Shown: positions 24,480 through 37,797 of the stretch, in pieces
How positions within the stretch are numbered: position 1 is the stretch's first letter
Layout of the letters: every line of letters begins with the position of its first letter
Assembly: GCA_034780895.1 (NCBI GenBank)
Contig: JAUZTB010000064.1
Span: 53,619,716-53,683,715, forward strand
DNA length: 64,000 nt
Direction: 5' to 3'
Source: Rhynchobatus australiae
Lineage: Eukaryota
Program-made: the position numbers and the translations under genes
Notes under the pieces: generated by a model
The model's database searches: none
What the model saw: only the letters and a program-made list of their open reading frames with translations
Told to the model about the DNA's origin: nothing

Positions 24480-26410
24480 GATAGTCATGACTTCCTGCCC
24501 ATCATGACCATGTTGGCCATTAAGTACTCACCTATACTAATCCCATTTCCAAGCATTCAGCTGTAGCCTTCTATGCCATTGTGTTTCAAGTGTTTTCCAG
24601 ATTTCAGTCACCCACTGGGTGAAAAAAATTCTTCTTCAAATCCATTATAAATCTCCTATCCATACCCTAAACCCAGACACCAAAGTGAATGAGAAACATT
24701 TCTCCTTAATTGCCCTATCTATGCCCCTCAAAATATTGTATAGATTCATAGAGCTATGCAGTTTGGAAACAGACCCTTCAGCCCAACTGGTTCATGCTGA
24801 TCAAGATGCCAATCTAGGCTAGTCCCCTTTGCCCTTTCTGACCATATCTCGCTAAACCTTTCCTATCCATGTACGTGTCCGAATATCTTTTAGATGTTGT
24901 TATTGTACCTGCCTCAACCACTTCTTCTGGCAGCTCATTCCATATACTGACCACTCTCTTGGTGAAAACGTTGCCCCTCAGGTTCCTATTAAATCTTTCC
25001 CCTTGCATTTTAAACCTATGGCCTCCAGTTCTTTTTCCCCAACACTGGGAAAAAGACTGTGTATATTCACCCTATCTATGTGCCTCATAATTTTGCATTC
25101 CTCTATAAGGTCACCCTTCAGTCTCCAATGCTCCAAGAAATGAAGTCCTAGCCTGCCCAATCTCTCCCTATTACACAGTCCCTTGAGTCCTAGCAATGTT
25201 CTTGTAAATCTTTTCTGGACTTTTTCCACGTTAATGGCATCTTTCCTTTAGCAGAGTGACCAAAACTTTCTTTTTCAATCTTTTTTTTGAATTTCAAGTT
25301 AATTCAAATTAATGTACATAACATTAATGATTATACATATAATACAAAGAGATCAGGATAACAGATAATAAGTTAATATTTATACTCACAAGGAGTAAGA
25401 TATGTAATCTAGACCTCCCGCACACTTGCTAAGTGCACATGATGGGAAACAAACTAATTGAAAAGAAATTTAATTATATAAAGAGAAAACCCCCAGATCA
25501 AAAAAAAAGAAAAAAAAAACTGGACTGATATTTCTTCGATTTTAAAAAAGCAGATTCTTATGTCGTCAGCTCCACTCCTCTATATTCAAAGGTTAGGGTG
25601 ACCAAAACTGAACACAAGTGTGGCCTCACCAACATTTTGTACAAATGCAACATAACATCCCAACTTGTATATTCATCTATACTGATGAAGGCCAGTGTGT
25701 CAAAGGTCTTCGTCACCACCCTGCCCTGCTGCGATGCCACTTTCAGGCAATTATGTTCTTGTTCATGTACTCCAAGAGCCCCCTGTTTCACAACACTCAC
25801 CAGGGCCCTAACCAAACTTCACACAGTACTCCAGCTGTGGCCTAGCCAATGTTTTATAGAGTTTTACCACAACCTCCCTGCGCTTCTGATCTATGCCACA
25901 GTTAAAGAAAATAAAAATCTTATATGCCTTCTTAACCGCCTTTATCTACCTGTGCTGCTGTCTTCAGGGATCCTTGGACATGTTCACCAAGATCCTTCGG
26001 TTCCCCAGTACTTCCTAGGGTATGACTATTCATTGTGTATACACTAGAATTATTAGTCCTCCCGAACAGTATCACCTCACTTTCTGCCTATTTAACTAAT
26101 TCATCACTAAAGTTCTGTTGGTGAAGACTAACTTCCAACAACAGCACCACCATTCTTACTAATTATTACCTCCTACATTTACATTCAGATAGTTGAAACA
26201 GCAAGGGTCCCAGCACCAATCACCAACTGCAGTAGACTACGGGTCATGCAAAAACAACCCTTGACCATCACCCTCTGACTCCTAGCACCAAACCAATATT
26301 GGATCCAATTTGCCAAAATGACCTGGATCCCATGAGCTATTACCTTTTGGGCCAATCTTCCATGTGGGATCTTATCAAAGACTTTATTGAAGTCCATGTA
26401 GACTACATCA
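24480..26410 (-). mobile_element. Cluster of CR1 LINE fragments
   Basis: MDFNKVFDKIPHGRL, YKMLVRPHL, EKVQKRFTR, FTKRVVSIWNELP motifs; at least two separate 3' ends. Confidence 0.9.
25268..25597 (-). mobile_element. 5'-truncated A-tailed retroposon (L1/Tx1-like 3' end) with 12-bp TSD
   Basis: gtgaccaaaact at 25256-25267 and 25598-25609 flanks an AT-rich insert with a T-rich left end. Confidence 0.75.
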
Positions 26411-26937
26411 GTGATACAAATATTTTGCGACTACCATGTACATTGTTCCAAATGGTTTGAATTAGCATGGCAAGAGTGGATTCTGCTGAATTAATTGCAA
26501 CACATCATCACTGCTGAGGCCTTTATGCTAAATTTTCTTGATGCTTTGTGAGATACAAACAATTTTCCATATTTTTGAGTATTGAATATGGAATATTGAA
26601 CCAAACAAATTTGGATGCCCCTATTTATAATAATAAAAAGACACCATCCCAAATAATTTCTCTCAACACTTTTAAAAATCATACTATATATCGTATTCTG
26701 TACTTCCATAATGATCCTCCCCTTATGTACTACCTTGCACTTCTCCATCATTAATCAATCAGCTGTGCTCCTATCCCTGTCAAAATAATGTCTAAATCAT
26801 TCAGAATTCTATAACTTATTTCATTTCTATGTAATGAAAATCAAATACTGCCTGACCTACTGAGGTCAGCATTTTCTATTTTTATTTCAATTCTATTTAC
26901 TTCTGTAAATCTGTTTTGTTTTATCCGTTGCACTCAC

Positions 26938-26993
26938 CTGAACATTGCCCAGATCGTGTTGCATATAAGAATATCCTGTTGTTTTATTGAAAT
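26938..26993 (-). CDS. Exon (ISIKQQDILICNTIWAMF-S)
   Basis: Acceptor gcatattag, perfect donor CAG|gtgagt; 56 nt, phase 0 to 2. Confidence 0.7.
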
Positions 26994-27379
26994 CTAATAT
27001 GCATTAGATGCTTGGATGTCATTTTCAACTTTGTGCTTTCAGTGATCATCTGAAGAAGAACATGTGACTCTTATAGAACAGGTTTTACTTTCTTTTCACT
27101 GATTTCATTCTGGTGCGAATCATTTTACTAAGAGCAGATGAAGTTGAAAAACTCACTTGCTAAGTGTTTGATTTGCATACTGGTTGTTTACTTATATTCA
27201 GTCTCTTAACTCATCAATCATTATTGTTTCTATTTCACCTTCAAGTCTACTAAAGACAGAAGATAGCACTGAATGTGGAGCAGCAATCAACAAATAACAG
27301 CAAGAGTATTTCTGAGAGATTATGAGTTTTCACCTGGCTGGATGAGTTCCCTTACAGAGGCCAATGATGATGTACGTTA

Positions 27380-27823
27380 CAGTAAAACTCCAATAATCCA
27401 GTATGCTTGGGACTTTGAGTTCCAAACTGGCAGATTACTTGGACTATTGGATGTCACTCCTATTAATACCCAAACACATTTTTATTTCATTTTTTTCCAT
27501 TTTATGCAGTAGTATAATAAATTCTCCAGTGAACCCAGTGGGTTTAAGGGGAGCAGAAACTATATCAGCACTCCTGACTCGGGCTCTGGCTGCAAATCCC
27601 CCTTTTCACATTCCTGACCCCTTGTGTTTTGAACCCCAACCCCAGCTCTGGCTGCATATCTGGTCCACAGTCTGGATCCTGGGCCTGGCTTCCCACGCCG
27701 GGCTTCCCGTTGTGGTTGCGCATCCTGCTTGCACTCGGGCTCATATTCTGGACTCATGAGTGACCAGATGCCAAACATCAGGATTTCCATACAATCAAAT
27801 GGTGAATTAATGGAGTTTCACTG
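27380..27823. mobile_element. Tc1/mariner-pogo-type MITE
   Basis: Left ta-cagtaaaactccaataatc; right gaattaatggagtttcactg-ca (imperfect inverted repeat, TA-like TSD). Confidence 0.55.
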
Positions 27824-29327
27824 CATTTGATGGTGGCTTACAGAGCTGAAACTCACACTGAACTAGTGAACTGGGTGGGAGAAGTCACAAATCTTTCCAT
27901 CTATGACTACATTCTTTTAGAAGCTGAACAAATAACTGTTCAGTCGCTTTGCTAATGCAGCAACTCAAGGTTCATGGGTGGTCCGATGAAGTCAGGATTA
28001 GAAAACATCTCTGAGCCCTTGACCATGCTAAACCCTGCATCAGAAAGAGATTAATTCAATAAACGCCAACCACCTCTGCACATTTCCTCATCTACAATTA
28101 GTCATTCTTCCTGGGTATCCTGATGAAGTTTACTGCCACCCCAAACTGTGCAATGTGAGATTACTTTGAATTTACTATAATCTTTACTCCATGCATTATC
28201 TGTATCCGTGGCGCAACAATTCTACTGGTCAAAGAGTTGGGGCAATTTCAGCAAAATAAGCAGATGTAAGTTTAATGCACAATGAGTGCTTGACTCACTA
28301 TCATCCGTTTGCCCACATCTGACATCAAAGATGAACCGACTCCCAGCGACTCAACGGATTTAACTGACAACTCCATTCAGGGATGCCATCACCTCAATGT
28401 CGGTGAAGTGTCAAAATGAGAAATAAGGTGAAACTGATAAATCAGGATTTGATTAATTCTTAATGCTGTGTGACCGTGCTTCATATGGGTTAGATTAGTT
28501 TAGAGATTTGATAACATGGCACTTCCCAAAATATTTCTGTAATTTTTCTTCCAATAATTATTTACTTATATTTTATGGAAGTATTGTGGAAAATCACGCT
28601 TTAAATCAGTAAATAGAACATTGTAAATTTCCAAAGTAATTAAGTGCTTTTTGGGGTAGTATTTCATAATATTGTCGTTGTTTTTCTAGTTTGCACTGCA
28701 GCAAATAAGTCCTTCTCAGACAAGCTGTGAAAGTGTAAGCTTGCCAAACAACCTTGTACAACAAAAAAACAATACGGGTTACACCTCCCACACAACACTG
28801 TGGATGTCAAAGGTGGCTCAGTTGGAACTGTTCCCTCTTGTTTGGCAAATTTGAATCCAACACTGCAAACAATAGATAAAGCCTTCTAATAATTTTTGGT
28901 AGAATCAGGAATTTCTGATCATGGTATCAAGAAGGGTTCAATCCCTGGAACACAAGACCACCAGAAAATAGGAGCAGGAGTGGGCTACCAGGCCCCTGAG
29001 GCCTGCTCCACCATTCAAAATGATCATGGCTGATCTATTCTAACTTAATTCCTCTGTTATGCCAATTCCCCATAACCTTAATTCCTCTATTTTTCAAATA
29101 GTAGGTCAATGGAATCAAGTAAGGTCTGGCAGCAGTTCTGAATGGTCACTCAGAGAAAAAAATACTAGCAAGTACTAGGGTGTTGGGAGAATGATGCCAA
29201 GCTGCTATTGGAACTATTGGAACTGGAAAAGAGAGGTGGGAGAAAAATCACCAGCCAGACTAGGGGGAGGATGGAGAAGATAGAAGCCGACATGATATAA
29301 TGAAAAGATGAGGGAAGAATGATTTAC

Positions 29328-29399
29328 AATCATTGTCAAAACTCTTTTAAAATCAATTTTAGCACTATCAGCAATAAGCCACAATAACCTGCAGCGTCT
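29328..29399 (-). CDS. Exon (RRCRLLWLIADSAKIDFKRVLTMI)
   Basis: Acceptor tttatttattgcag (alternative start 29388), donor ATT|gtaaat; ends in phase 0; open. Confidence 0.65.
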
Positions 29400-29462
29400 C
29401 TGCAATAAATAAAGCAAAACTACTGAAATCTTGTTTTATTTCTCCAGGTCAGCAAGTATTAC

Positions 29463-29548
29463 CTGCTGTGGAGCTGTTACTCAGCCAATGCATTGCTGTG
29501 AACAGATGAGAGTAATTTCCAGTCTTGGATTTAAGTACAAAACCTAAA
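29463..29548 (-). pseudogene. Exon, probably disabled (LGFVLK..., frame ambiguous)
   Basis: Polypyrimidine acceptor tcttttctcctaatactag, donor CAG|gtaata. Its only open frame ends in phase 1, which does not fit the next exon; frames that do fit contain a stop. Confidence 0.45.
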
Positions 29549-29729
29549 CTAGTATTAGGAGAAAAGATAAAGTGAGGAGAGGACAAACAAGTTAATTGCT
29601 TCAATAGCTGTTGTTCCTGCATATGTGGACAATGCAGTAATAGCATTATTAATGTTTAATTATTTTTTTTACAATTAGAATTTTTGCTTCACAGTGTAAC
29701 CTAATTTTTGTTTTAATGGTCAGCCTGAT

Positions 29730-30027
29730 GGCATTTCCATGTCATCATTCCCCTGTCTCTCACCATTTAAATTATACTCTCCCCTTCTGTTTTTCATATT
29801 AAAGTGGATAACTTCACATTTGTTCATGTAATATTACATCTGCTATGTATTTGCCCATTCACTCAATTTGCCTCAGTTGCCTAGAAGTTTTTTTTGAGTC
29901 CATCTCACAATTCATAATCCCTCTCAGTTTTCTGTCGTTGGCAAGCTCAGAAATACTGCATTCATTTGCCTCAACCAAATCATAGATAGAAAATGTGTAT
30001 AGTTAGTCCCAAAGCTCTGAACCCTGT
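29730..30027 (-). mobile_element. CR1 RT fragment
   Basis: Minus strand: NRVQSFGT...DLVEANECSISELANDRKL (degenerate FADD region). Confidence 0.7.
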
Positions 30028-30029
30028 TA

Positions 30030-30337
30030 TAAGATAAGATAAGATGTCTTTATTAGTCACATGTACATGACTAATGTACAGTGAAATGCATCTTTTTGCC
30101 TAGAGTGTTCTGGGGGCAGCCCACAAGTGTTGCCATGCTTCTGGCGCCAACATAGCATGCCCACAGCTTCCTAACCCATCGGACTTTGGAATAGGGGAGG
30201 AAGCTGGAGCACCTGGAGGAAACCCACGCAGACACGGGGAGAACGTACAAACTCCTTACAGACAGTGGCCGGAATTGAACCCTGGTGGCTTGTGCTGTAA
30301 TAGCATTATGCTAACTGCTACACCACCGTGCCTGCCT
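30030..30337 (-). mobile_element. Full-length tRNA-derived SINE, same family as 10276-10716
   Basis: High similarity to the 10.3 kb copy; A and B boxes; (atctt)n tail. Confidence 0.9.
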
Positions 30338-31350
30338 TCAGGTCAAGTGGGGATGTTTACTGATGATTGCAATTCCATTCAAAACTCCTTAGCAAGTGAG
30401 GCAGGCTATCCCTGCATGAAGCAAGATCTGGACAATATTCAGGTGTAGGCCAGTAACTGGCAAGTAATATCCATGCCACCAGTGTACTAGTCAATGACCA
30501 TCTGCAACGGGACAGGGTCTAACTACCTTCTCCTGGCATTTAATGCCATTTTCATTGTCAAGTGCTCCCATCAACATCCTAAGATCATCACTGGCCAGAA
30601 CCCACAGAATCTTTACCAAGAAGAGGCTGTCAGGGCTGGGTACTACCTGACATCCCAAAACCCTTCTCATAGAGAGTGGTGCGTCTCTGGAATTCTCGAC
30701 CTCACAGGGTTATAGAGGCTGGATCACTGGAGGTATTCAGAGAGGAGATGGATAATTTTTTTTGGGGCTAGGAGGAACTTGAGATCTCCTGCCGATGAGC
30801 TGTGATCATATTCAATGGCAGGCAGGCTTGAGAGGCTGGGTGGCCCGCTCCTGCTCCTATACTCTGCATGGCACATCAGGAAAAGGATGGAAGGTCTCAA
30901 TGACTGCAACTTCCAACAACGCTCAAGGAGCCCAACACCATTCAGGACAGAGCAGCCCACTTGATTAGCATTCCATCAGCCACCATGAACATTCACTCTT
31001 CCCTACAGTGGCTGTAGTGTGAATCATCTACAAAATTCTCTGCGGTTATCTGTCCAAGCTGATTCAGCAGCACCTGCTAAATCCAACAGTAAGTAGGACA
31101 AAGGCAGCAGGTCCATGGAGACACCACCACCTTCAGGTTCTCCTCCAAGCCACGCACCATCCTGAGTTGGTAATATATTGCCGGTCTTTCATCGTTGTTG
31201 GATCTAATCCCTTGAATTCTCTCCTCTCAGCATTGTGGGGACTCCTTCACCAGGGCTGCAGCAATACATAAAGGCAGCTCTTCACCCGGCAATTTAGGGG
31301 TTGGCAGTGAAAGCTGCCCTTGCTGGCAATTCCAAGCCCTGAAAAAGGAC
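30338..31350 (+). mobile_element. Old CR1/L2-superfamily LINE RT to 3' tail, with a short CR1 tail nested at ~30710-30870
   Basis: GMFTDDC...MKQDLDNIQV*ASNWQV; 3' part similar to 58265-58680 and the tail at 6270-6340. Confidence 0.75.
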
Positions 31351-31777
31351 CTTTTGTGTGTTTGTAATTAGTCACTTTATAATTTAAAGTTTTGCAATTT
31401 TCACTGTTTTGACTCTGTATAATCCTTGTACTATTAATGCCCAGCCACCGCCTCAAGTCTTATGTAGCAATGGAAAGTAGTTTTGATCACAGATGATGCC
31501 TTTGATCACACTAAGGCCTTCCATCTTGGATACTGAAGATGAAACTAGTGGCGAGAAAATTAAGCAATTATCAAGAGGATTGATAAGGGCAAGAAAGTAG
31601 ACATTGTCTATATAGATTTCAGCAAGGTTTTTGACAAGGTCCCAAAGGTTAGATCACATGGGGTCCAGGGTGAGCTANNNNNNNNNNNNNNNNNNNNNNN
31701 NNNNNNNNNNNNNNNNNNNNNNNNNNNNNNNNNNNNNNNNNNNNNNNNNNNNNNNNNNNNNNNNNNNNNNNNNNNNN

Positions 31778-31860
31778 ACGTACAAACTCCTTACAGACAG
31801 TGGCCGGAATTGAACCCAGGTCGCTGGTGCTGTAATAGTGTTACGCTAACTGCTGCACTG
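31778..31860 (-). mobile_element. SINE head, same family, truncated by a gap
   Basis: acgtacaaactccttacagacagtggccggaattgaaccc is identical to the 30.2 kb copy. Confidence 0.85.
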
Positions 31861-32084
31861 AAAAGACCCATTTATTCCTATTTCATAGACTCATAGAGAG
31901 TTACAGCATGGATACAGGCCCTTTGGCCCACTGAACCCTCACCAACCATCAACCATCCATTTACATTAATTCTACATTTATCTTGTATTCCCATCAAATC
32001 CATCTCTGTGTTCTATGTCAATGAATAAGAAAAAATATTTTCTCCCTATTCTATCAAAACAATTCATGTCTTGGAATTTCTATT

Positions 32085-32490
32085 GAAGTATATGCTTGCT
32101 ACAGAGGGAACGTAGCAAATATTCACCAGGCTAGTTCCTGGAATAGCAGTTCTACCATATAAAGAGAGATTGAGTAGGCTGGGCCTCTGTTCTCTGGAGT
32201 TTAGAAGAATGAAAGAGGACTTCATTGAAATATACAAAATACTGGAGGGCGCATCAGGGTAGATGCAGGGAAATGTTTCCTCTGGCTGAGCAATCTAGAA
32301 CCAGGGTCACAATCTCAAAGTAAGCAGTGGGCCACTTAGGACCGAGATGGAGAGAGGTTTCTTCACTCAGTGCAGCAAATCTTTAGAATCTTCTACCCTA
32401 GAGTTCCGTGGAAGGTCAGTCATTGATAGCATTCAAAACAGAGATTGTACATTTCTGGAAATTAAGGGAATTATGAGATATGGGGAAAGT
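32085..32490 (+). mobile_element. CR1 3' fragment
   Basis: YKERLSRLGLCSLEFRRMKEDFIEIYKIL motif. Confidence 0.85.
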
Positions 32491-33577
32491 GCAACTCTGT
32501 CCTAGGTCACTAATCCCTGGCATCATTCTAGAAACTTTCTTCTCCATCGTTATAAAGGGGTGATGATAGACAGAACTGAACACCAGCATTTTATAAAAGC
32601 TTAACATTAGTTGCTGCCTTTTGTACTCTACGTTGCCAAAACTAAGGACCTGTGTACTATTTTAACATCTGTTCAAAGTCATTAAAATAATTTCACACTA
32701 TTTCACTTTAAATATCTGTATGCACACTCCCAAACCTGTCCATTTCTTTAACTCCATATTACCTATCCTATCACAATATATTGCGCTGTATTGTGCCAAC
32801 AGTTGGCCATGGAGAATTGTCAAATGGTTGCAATAAAATTGATCAGTGCATTCTGGACTTCCACACAGGTGCACCGCAGTGCGGAATGAACTGGAGGCCA
32901 GCTGCCTGCGGAGGGGTTGTAAGTGTTGGAGGAGGGAGGGTGCTGTTGAGGTGGGCACTGATGGGGGTCACTGAAAAACCAGACTCCTGGAAACAACACT
33001 AATCTGAGCTCCATCATAAGAGGTGACCAAGTGTATGGAGGACAAGGATATCTCAAAGGCTTTTTGTAAAAGTGTAACATTCCCATTGAATTTTGGACTC
33101 TGGCACATGACCAGGAATATTCCGGATGGCACTGAGAACTTTGAGTCCATTCACAAAGAGTGCATAGAAGTTCCCGTGTAAGTGGAAGAAGGAACACATC
33201 CTTAAACATGCCCTCACAGTGACCTCTGAGGGACCATGGCAAAGTCTGTGGTTCCCACATTGGCTTCAACAGTTACCTCAGAACACAGAGAGTGTGACCG
33301 GAAGCAAGTCACACTCAATCCCACAGGACCGAATTAGAGAAAGATATCTTGCTGCATAATGAATAAATCAGATAGCATGTAAATATATTATGATAACTAT
33401 TACAGAAGCATGGCTTGCAGAGGAACAAGAATGGAAGATTAATATTGCTAATTAAGGATTTTCATTTGAGATTGGGGTCAGTATATAAAAGGAGGGAAAC
33501 AGCAATATTAGTTCAAGAAACAATCATAGCTGTGTAAATGGAGCTATGTAAAGCTGTGTAAAAAAAGCTGTGTAAAA

Positions 33578-34530
33578 AGTCTCTCCGCAACTCCCTTGTC
33601 TACTTGTCCCTCCCCACTCATGACCCTCCCAGCACTTATCCCTGCAACCACACTAAATGCCGCACCTACACCTCCTCCCCCACCACCATTCACAGCCCCA
33701 GACAGTCCTTCCAGGTGAGGCAGCACTTCACCTGCAAATCCGAGGGTGTCGTTTATTGCATCCAAGGCTCCAGGTATGGCCTCCTCTACATCAGTGAGAC
33801 CCGACGCAGATTGGGTGACCGCTTCACCGAGCACCTTCACTCCGTCTGCCACAAAAAAAAAACAATCTCCTGGTGGCCAGCCATTTCAATTCTACATCCC
33901 ACTCCCATACCAACGTATCTATCCATGGCCTCCTCTACTGCCACATTGAGGCCAGATGCAGGCTGGAGGAACAACATCTCATATTCTGCCTTGGTAATCT
34001 CCAACCTGACGGTCTCAATATCGATTTTTCTAAGTTCTGGTAACCCTGCCCCTCTTCTTCCCCCCTTTTTTACTCCTTCCTTGCCCCCTTCCCTCATTCC
34101 AGTGGCCCCCTTCCTTTCCCCTTCCCCTTCCCTCACGACCTGCCTATCTATTCCCAACCTCCTTCCCTTTATTCCATGGTCCACTGCCCTCTCCTACCAG
34201 ATTCCTTCTTCAGCCCTTTGCCTCTTCTACCTATCACCTCTCAGCTTATTACATCTTCTCCCCCTCCCACCTACCTTCCTGCTTTCACCTGGACTCGCCT
34301 ATCGCCTGAACTCACTTATCCCTGGCCTACATGTGTTCCTCCCCCTCCCCCCACCTTCTTATTCTGGCTTCTGCCCTTTTCCTTTCCAGTCCTGGTGAAG
34401 GGTCCCGATGAAGGGTCCCAAGCCCAAAACGTCGACTGTTTATTTCTCTTCATGGATGCTGCCTGACCTGCTGAGTTCCTCCAGCATTTTTTGTGCATTG
34501 CTCCAGATTCTGGCATCCGCAGAATTTTTT
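33578..34530 (+). mobile_element. Penelope-like element 3' part (GIY-YIG endonuclease and terminal repeat)
   Basis: FTCKSEGVVYCIQGSRYGLLYISETRRRLGDRFTEH (GIY-YIG), pyrimidine-rich tail, terminal palindrome arm; frameshift at the A-run near 33855. Confidence 0.92.
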
Positions 34531-35339
34531 GTTTTCCAAACCATTGACCATTTTGTTTGTAACTGTTAAATTACTGCAGATATTCTTTCACAGCAAAGTA
34601 GTACAAGCTCAAGCCTCTCCAAATCTTTACACATATAGAGTGATCCATTTTGTTTTCTCTCAGACTCCAGAAGCATATTATGCCAACTCATGGAAATGGA
34701 GTAACTTTTCTTCCCAAAGATCTCTTAGCAGTAAACTAAAAATATATTGAAACAGCAGAGTCCACACATAATAATCTGAACTAGGACATACTTGTTCAAA
34801 CAAGCTAATAAACAAATGTCACTTTTATGGTCAGGAAAATGGAAATAATTAGATGAAGGGATCCAAAATAAATTTACAATCTAGTGACCTGAAATTGGAA
34901 GGAGGAATAATAACCATGGGTGAGGAACCCAATATGGACTGACCCAATTGACTCTAGTGTAGCAAGTGTTCCCACGGTATCGCTACATCTTGCACTTCAG
35001 GTTGGAATTGCACCAGATTGCAGACAGTGAAAGGGCCACCAGTGCAGTTTCCATAACCCTGATCATTTAAAACTACAGCTGGCAGATACTGTGTACAAGG
35101 TCAAAGTAGAAACCATTCAATTAACAATGCATTGCTTATTGCTGCAAAATGCAATGCTCTTATTCTGAGAGTGATCAACAANNNNNNNNNNNNNNNNNNN
35201 NNNNNNNNNNNNNNNNNNNNNNNNNNNNNNNNNNNNNNNNNNNNNNNNNNNNNNNNNNNNNNNNNNNNNNNNNNNNNNNNNGCCAGCAGTATTTTGTTGT
35301 GGTTGTGATCATAATTCTGTTAGATCTAGCATGGTGACA

Positions 35340-36990
35340 GAAAAGGACAAAAGTAAAATAAAAGTAATGGTTCTAAAGTGGGTAAGGCCTATTTCACTAA
35401 AATGAGATAAAGCCAAGAAATGCAGAAGTAATATTGCCAGTCTCCCTTTTTATTCTCTTTAATACTCCTCTTTATCTACATTAAGCATTGAGATAGCAGA
35501 AGTGAATTGGAAAGAGCTACAAATAAGTTAACCAGTCTCAGAAGAATTTAGGAGGGAGATTCAAGGGAATCTGTGTAAATATGTTTGCGCAAAGAACAAA
35601 GGTGGAATTACCAAATCTAGAACCCCCAGGTAACAAAATGCATGGAAGATAAGATAAAGCTAAAATGGAACTTTGTGCGAGACAACAAGAGCTTACAGCA
35701 AAATGCCTTGAAGAGTATGGAAAGTGTTGGGGTGAAGTTAAAAGGGAAATTAGGAAAGCAAAGAGAAGGTATGACAAAATATTGGGGAGTAAAATAAAAA
35801 AAATCCCAAAATGTTTCACGTCCATAAAATAAATGTCCAAGGACAGAATAGAGTTGATTAGGAACCAAAAAGGTCATCTGTATGTGGTAACAGAGGATGT
35901 AGTTAAGATTCTTTATGAATGCTTTTACAATGAATGTCTTCACAAAAGAGGGAAATTATGTCAATATTGTAGAAGGTAAATAAGGTAGTCAAGTGTCAAA
36001 TATTGTATAGAATAAACTTAAAAAAGCAAGTATTAAGGGATTTGGTTTACTTGAAAGCAGATAAATCATCAAGCTTGGATGAAATATATCCCAGGCTGTT
36101 AAAATAAGCACAGGGGGAAATTGCAGAGGTTCTGACTATAATTTTTCAATCCTCTCTGGCTACAGAAGTGGTTCTAGAGGATTGGAGAGCTTAAAAAGGA
36201 AGGGATAAATCAAGTAATTACAGGCCAGTTAGTTCAGCCTCAGTGGTGAGCAAACCACTGGAATCCACATTAAGAGACAGTGCGAGCCTTCATTTGGAAA
36301 GGCACAGACAGTCTTGCACAGACATGTATTTGGTAAAGGANNNNNNNNNNNNNNNNNNNNNNNNNNNNNNNNNNNNNNNNNNNNNNNNNNNNNNNNNNNN
36401 NNNNNNNNNNNNNNNNNNNNNNNNNNNNNNNNNNNNNNNNTAAAGGAAGTGAGTCTGACTAACTTGCTTGGATTTTTTTATGAAGTAACAAAGAGGTCAA
36501 TGAGACCAGAACATTTGGTGCAGTCTAGATAGATATGACCAAGGCTTTAGATAAGGTCCCACATAGCAAACTGTTCAAAAAAAGTAAAAGCCCATGGGAT
36601 CCAGGGGAAGGTGGCAAATTCAATCTAAAATTGACTCTGTTGCAGAAAGTAATGTGTAATGGTTGATTGGTGTTTTTTTTATTGGAAAACTGTTCCTAAT
36701 GGAGTTCAACAGGGTTCAATACTCAGTCCCTTGCTTTTTACATATTAAAAAGAATATAATGATAATTTAGATCTGAATATATGGGGTTTGATAAAGAGAT
36801 CTGCAGATAATGCAAAAGTTGGCTGTGAGATTGGTAGTGAAAAAGCAAAACTTTAGACTGCAGGAAGATGGATATTTTGATGAGTTGGGCAGAAAATGGC
36901 AAATGAAAACTAATGAAGAAAATTGTGCCGTAATGCACTTGGTGAGATGGAACAAGGCAGAGGTGAAAAATTAAGGTAATTGGTAGAAGA
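35340..36990 (+). mobile_element. Degenerate CR1 ORF2 (linker and RT); endonuclease remnant upstream at ~33330-33530
   Basis: DKSSSLDEIYPRLLK, NYRPVS, SLTNLLGFFYEVT, KALDKVPH, GVQQGSILSPLL, SADNAK; ITITEAWL upstream. Confidence 0.88.
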
Positions 36991-37224
36991 ATTAGAACAT
37001 ACAATAGCAAGAGTTGATCACATCTACTTCTCATGCTCACTTCACTATTCAACAAGATAATGACAGATCATTCATTTCAGCACCCTTTCCTGCTTTAGTT
37101 TTGTAATCCTTGTTTCTACTAATATTTAAACACTTTTTGGGTTGGTCTCTGTCTTGAATACACTGGACAACTGAGTCTCCACTGCCTTTTTAGTAGAGAA
37201 TTCTAAAGATTCACTACCCTCCAG

Positions 37225-37797
37225 ATCATGTCCCCATTGACCCTTACCAATTTTTGTCAATGCACCATAGAAAGCATCATATCCAGATGTATCACGGCTT
37301 GGTACAGCAACTGCTCTGATCAAGACTGCAAGAGTTGTGGATGCAGTTCAGCGCATCACAAAAATCAGCTTACCCTCCATGGATTCTGTCCATACTTCTT
37401 GCTGCCTCAGGAAAGCAACCAGCATAATTAAAGCTCCCACCCACCCTAGACATTCTCTCTTCTCCCCTCTCCCATTAGGCCAGAAGATACAAAAGCCTGG
37501 AAGCATGTACCACGAGGCTCAAGGACAGCTTCTAACCTACTGTTATAAAACTATTGAACAGACCTCTGGTACAATAAGATGGACTCTTGAACTCACTAAC
37601 TACCTCATCATGACTTTGTACCTTATTGTCTGCCTGCACTTTCTCTGTAACTGTAACACTATGTTCTGTATTCTGTTATTGCTTTTCCCTTGTACTACCT
37701 CAACATACCGATGTGGTGAATTGCTCTGTATGAATGGCATGCAAAACAAAGTATTTCACTGTACCATAGTACATATGACAATAATAAACCCATTACC
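37225..37797 (+). mobile_element. Rex1/Babar-like LINE 3' fragment nested in a minus-strand CR1 tail (~37060-38130)
   Basis: LTNFCQCTIESIISRCITAWYSNCS, HPRHSLFSPLPLG; tail catatgacaataataaacc. Confidence 0.85.

Noticed and set aside
32820-33269. 149-aa minus-strand ORF in a GC-richer patch
   Set aside because: No recognisable motif or convincing splice sites; probably an old unclassified repeat.
33604-34398. 264-aa ORF
   Set aside because: Frameshifted Penelope GIY-YIG remnant running into a low-complexity tail; not a host gene.
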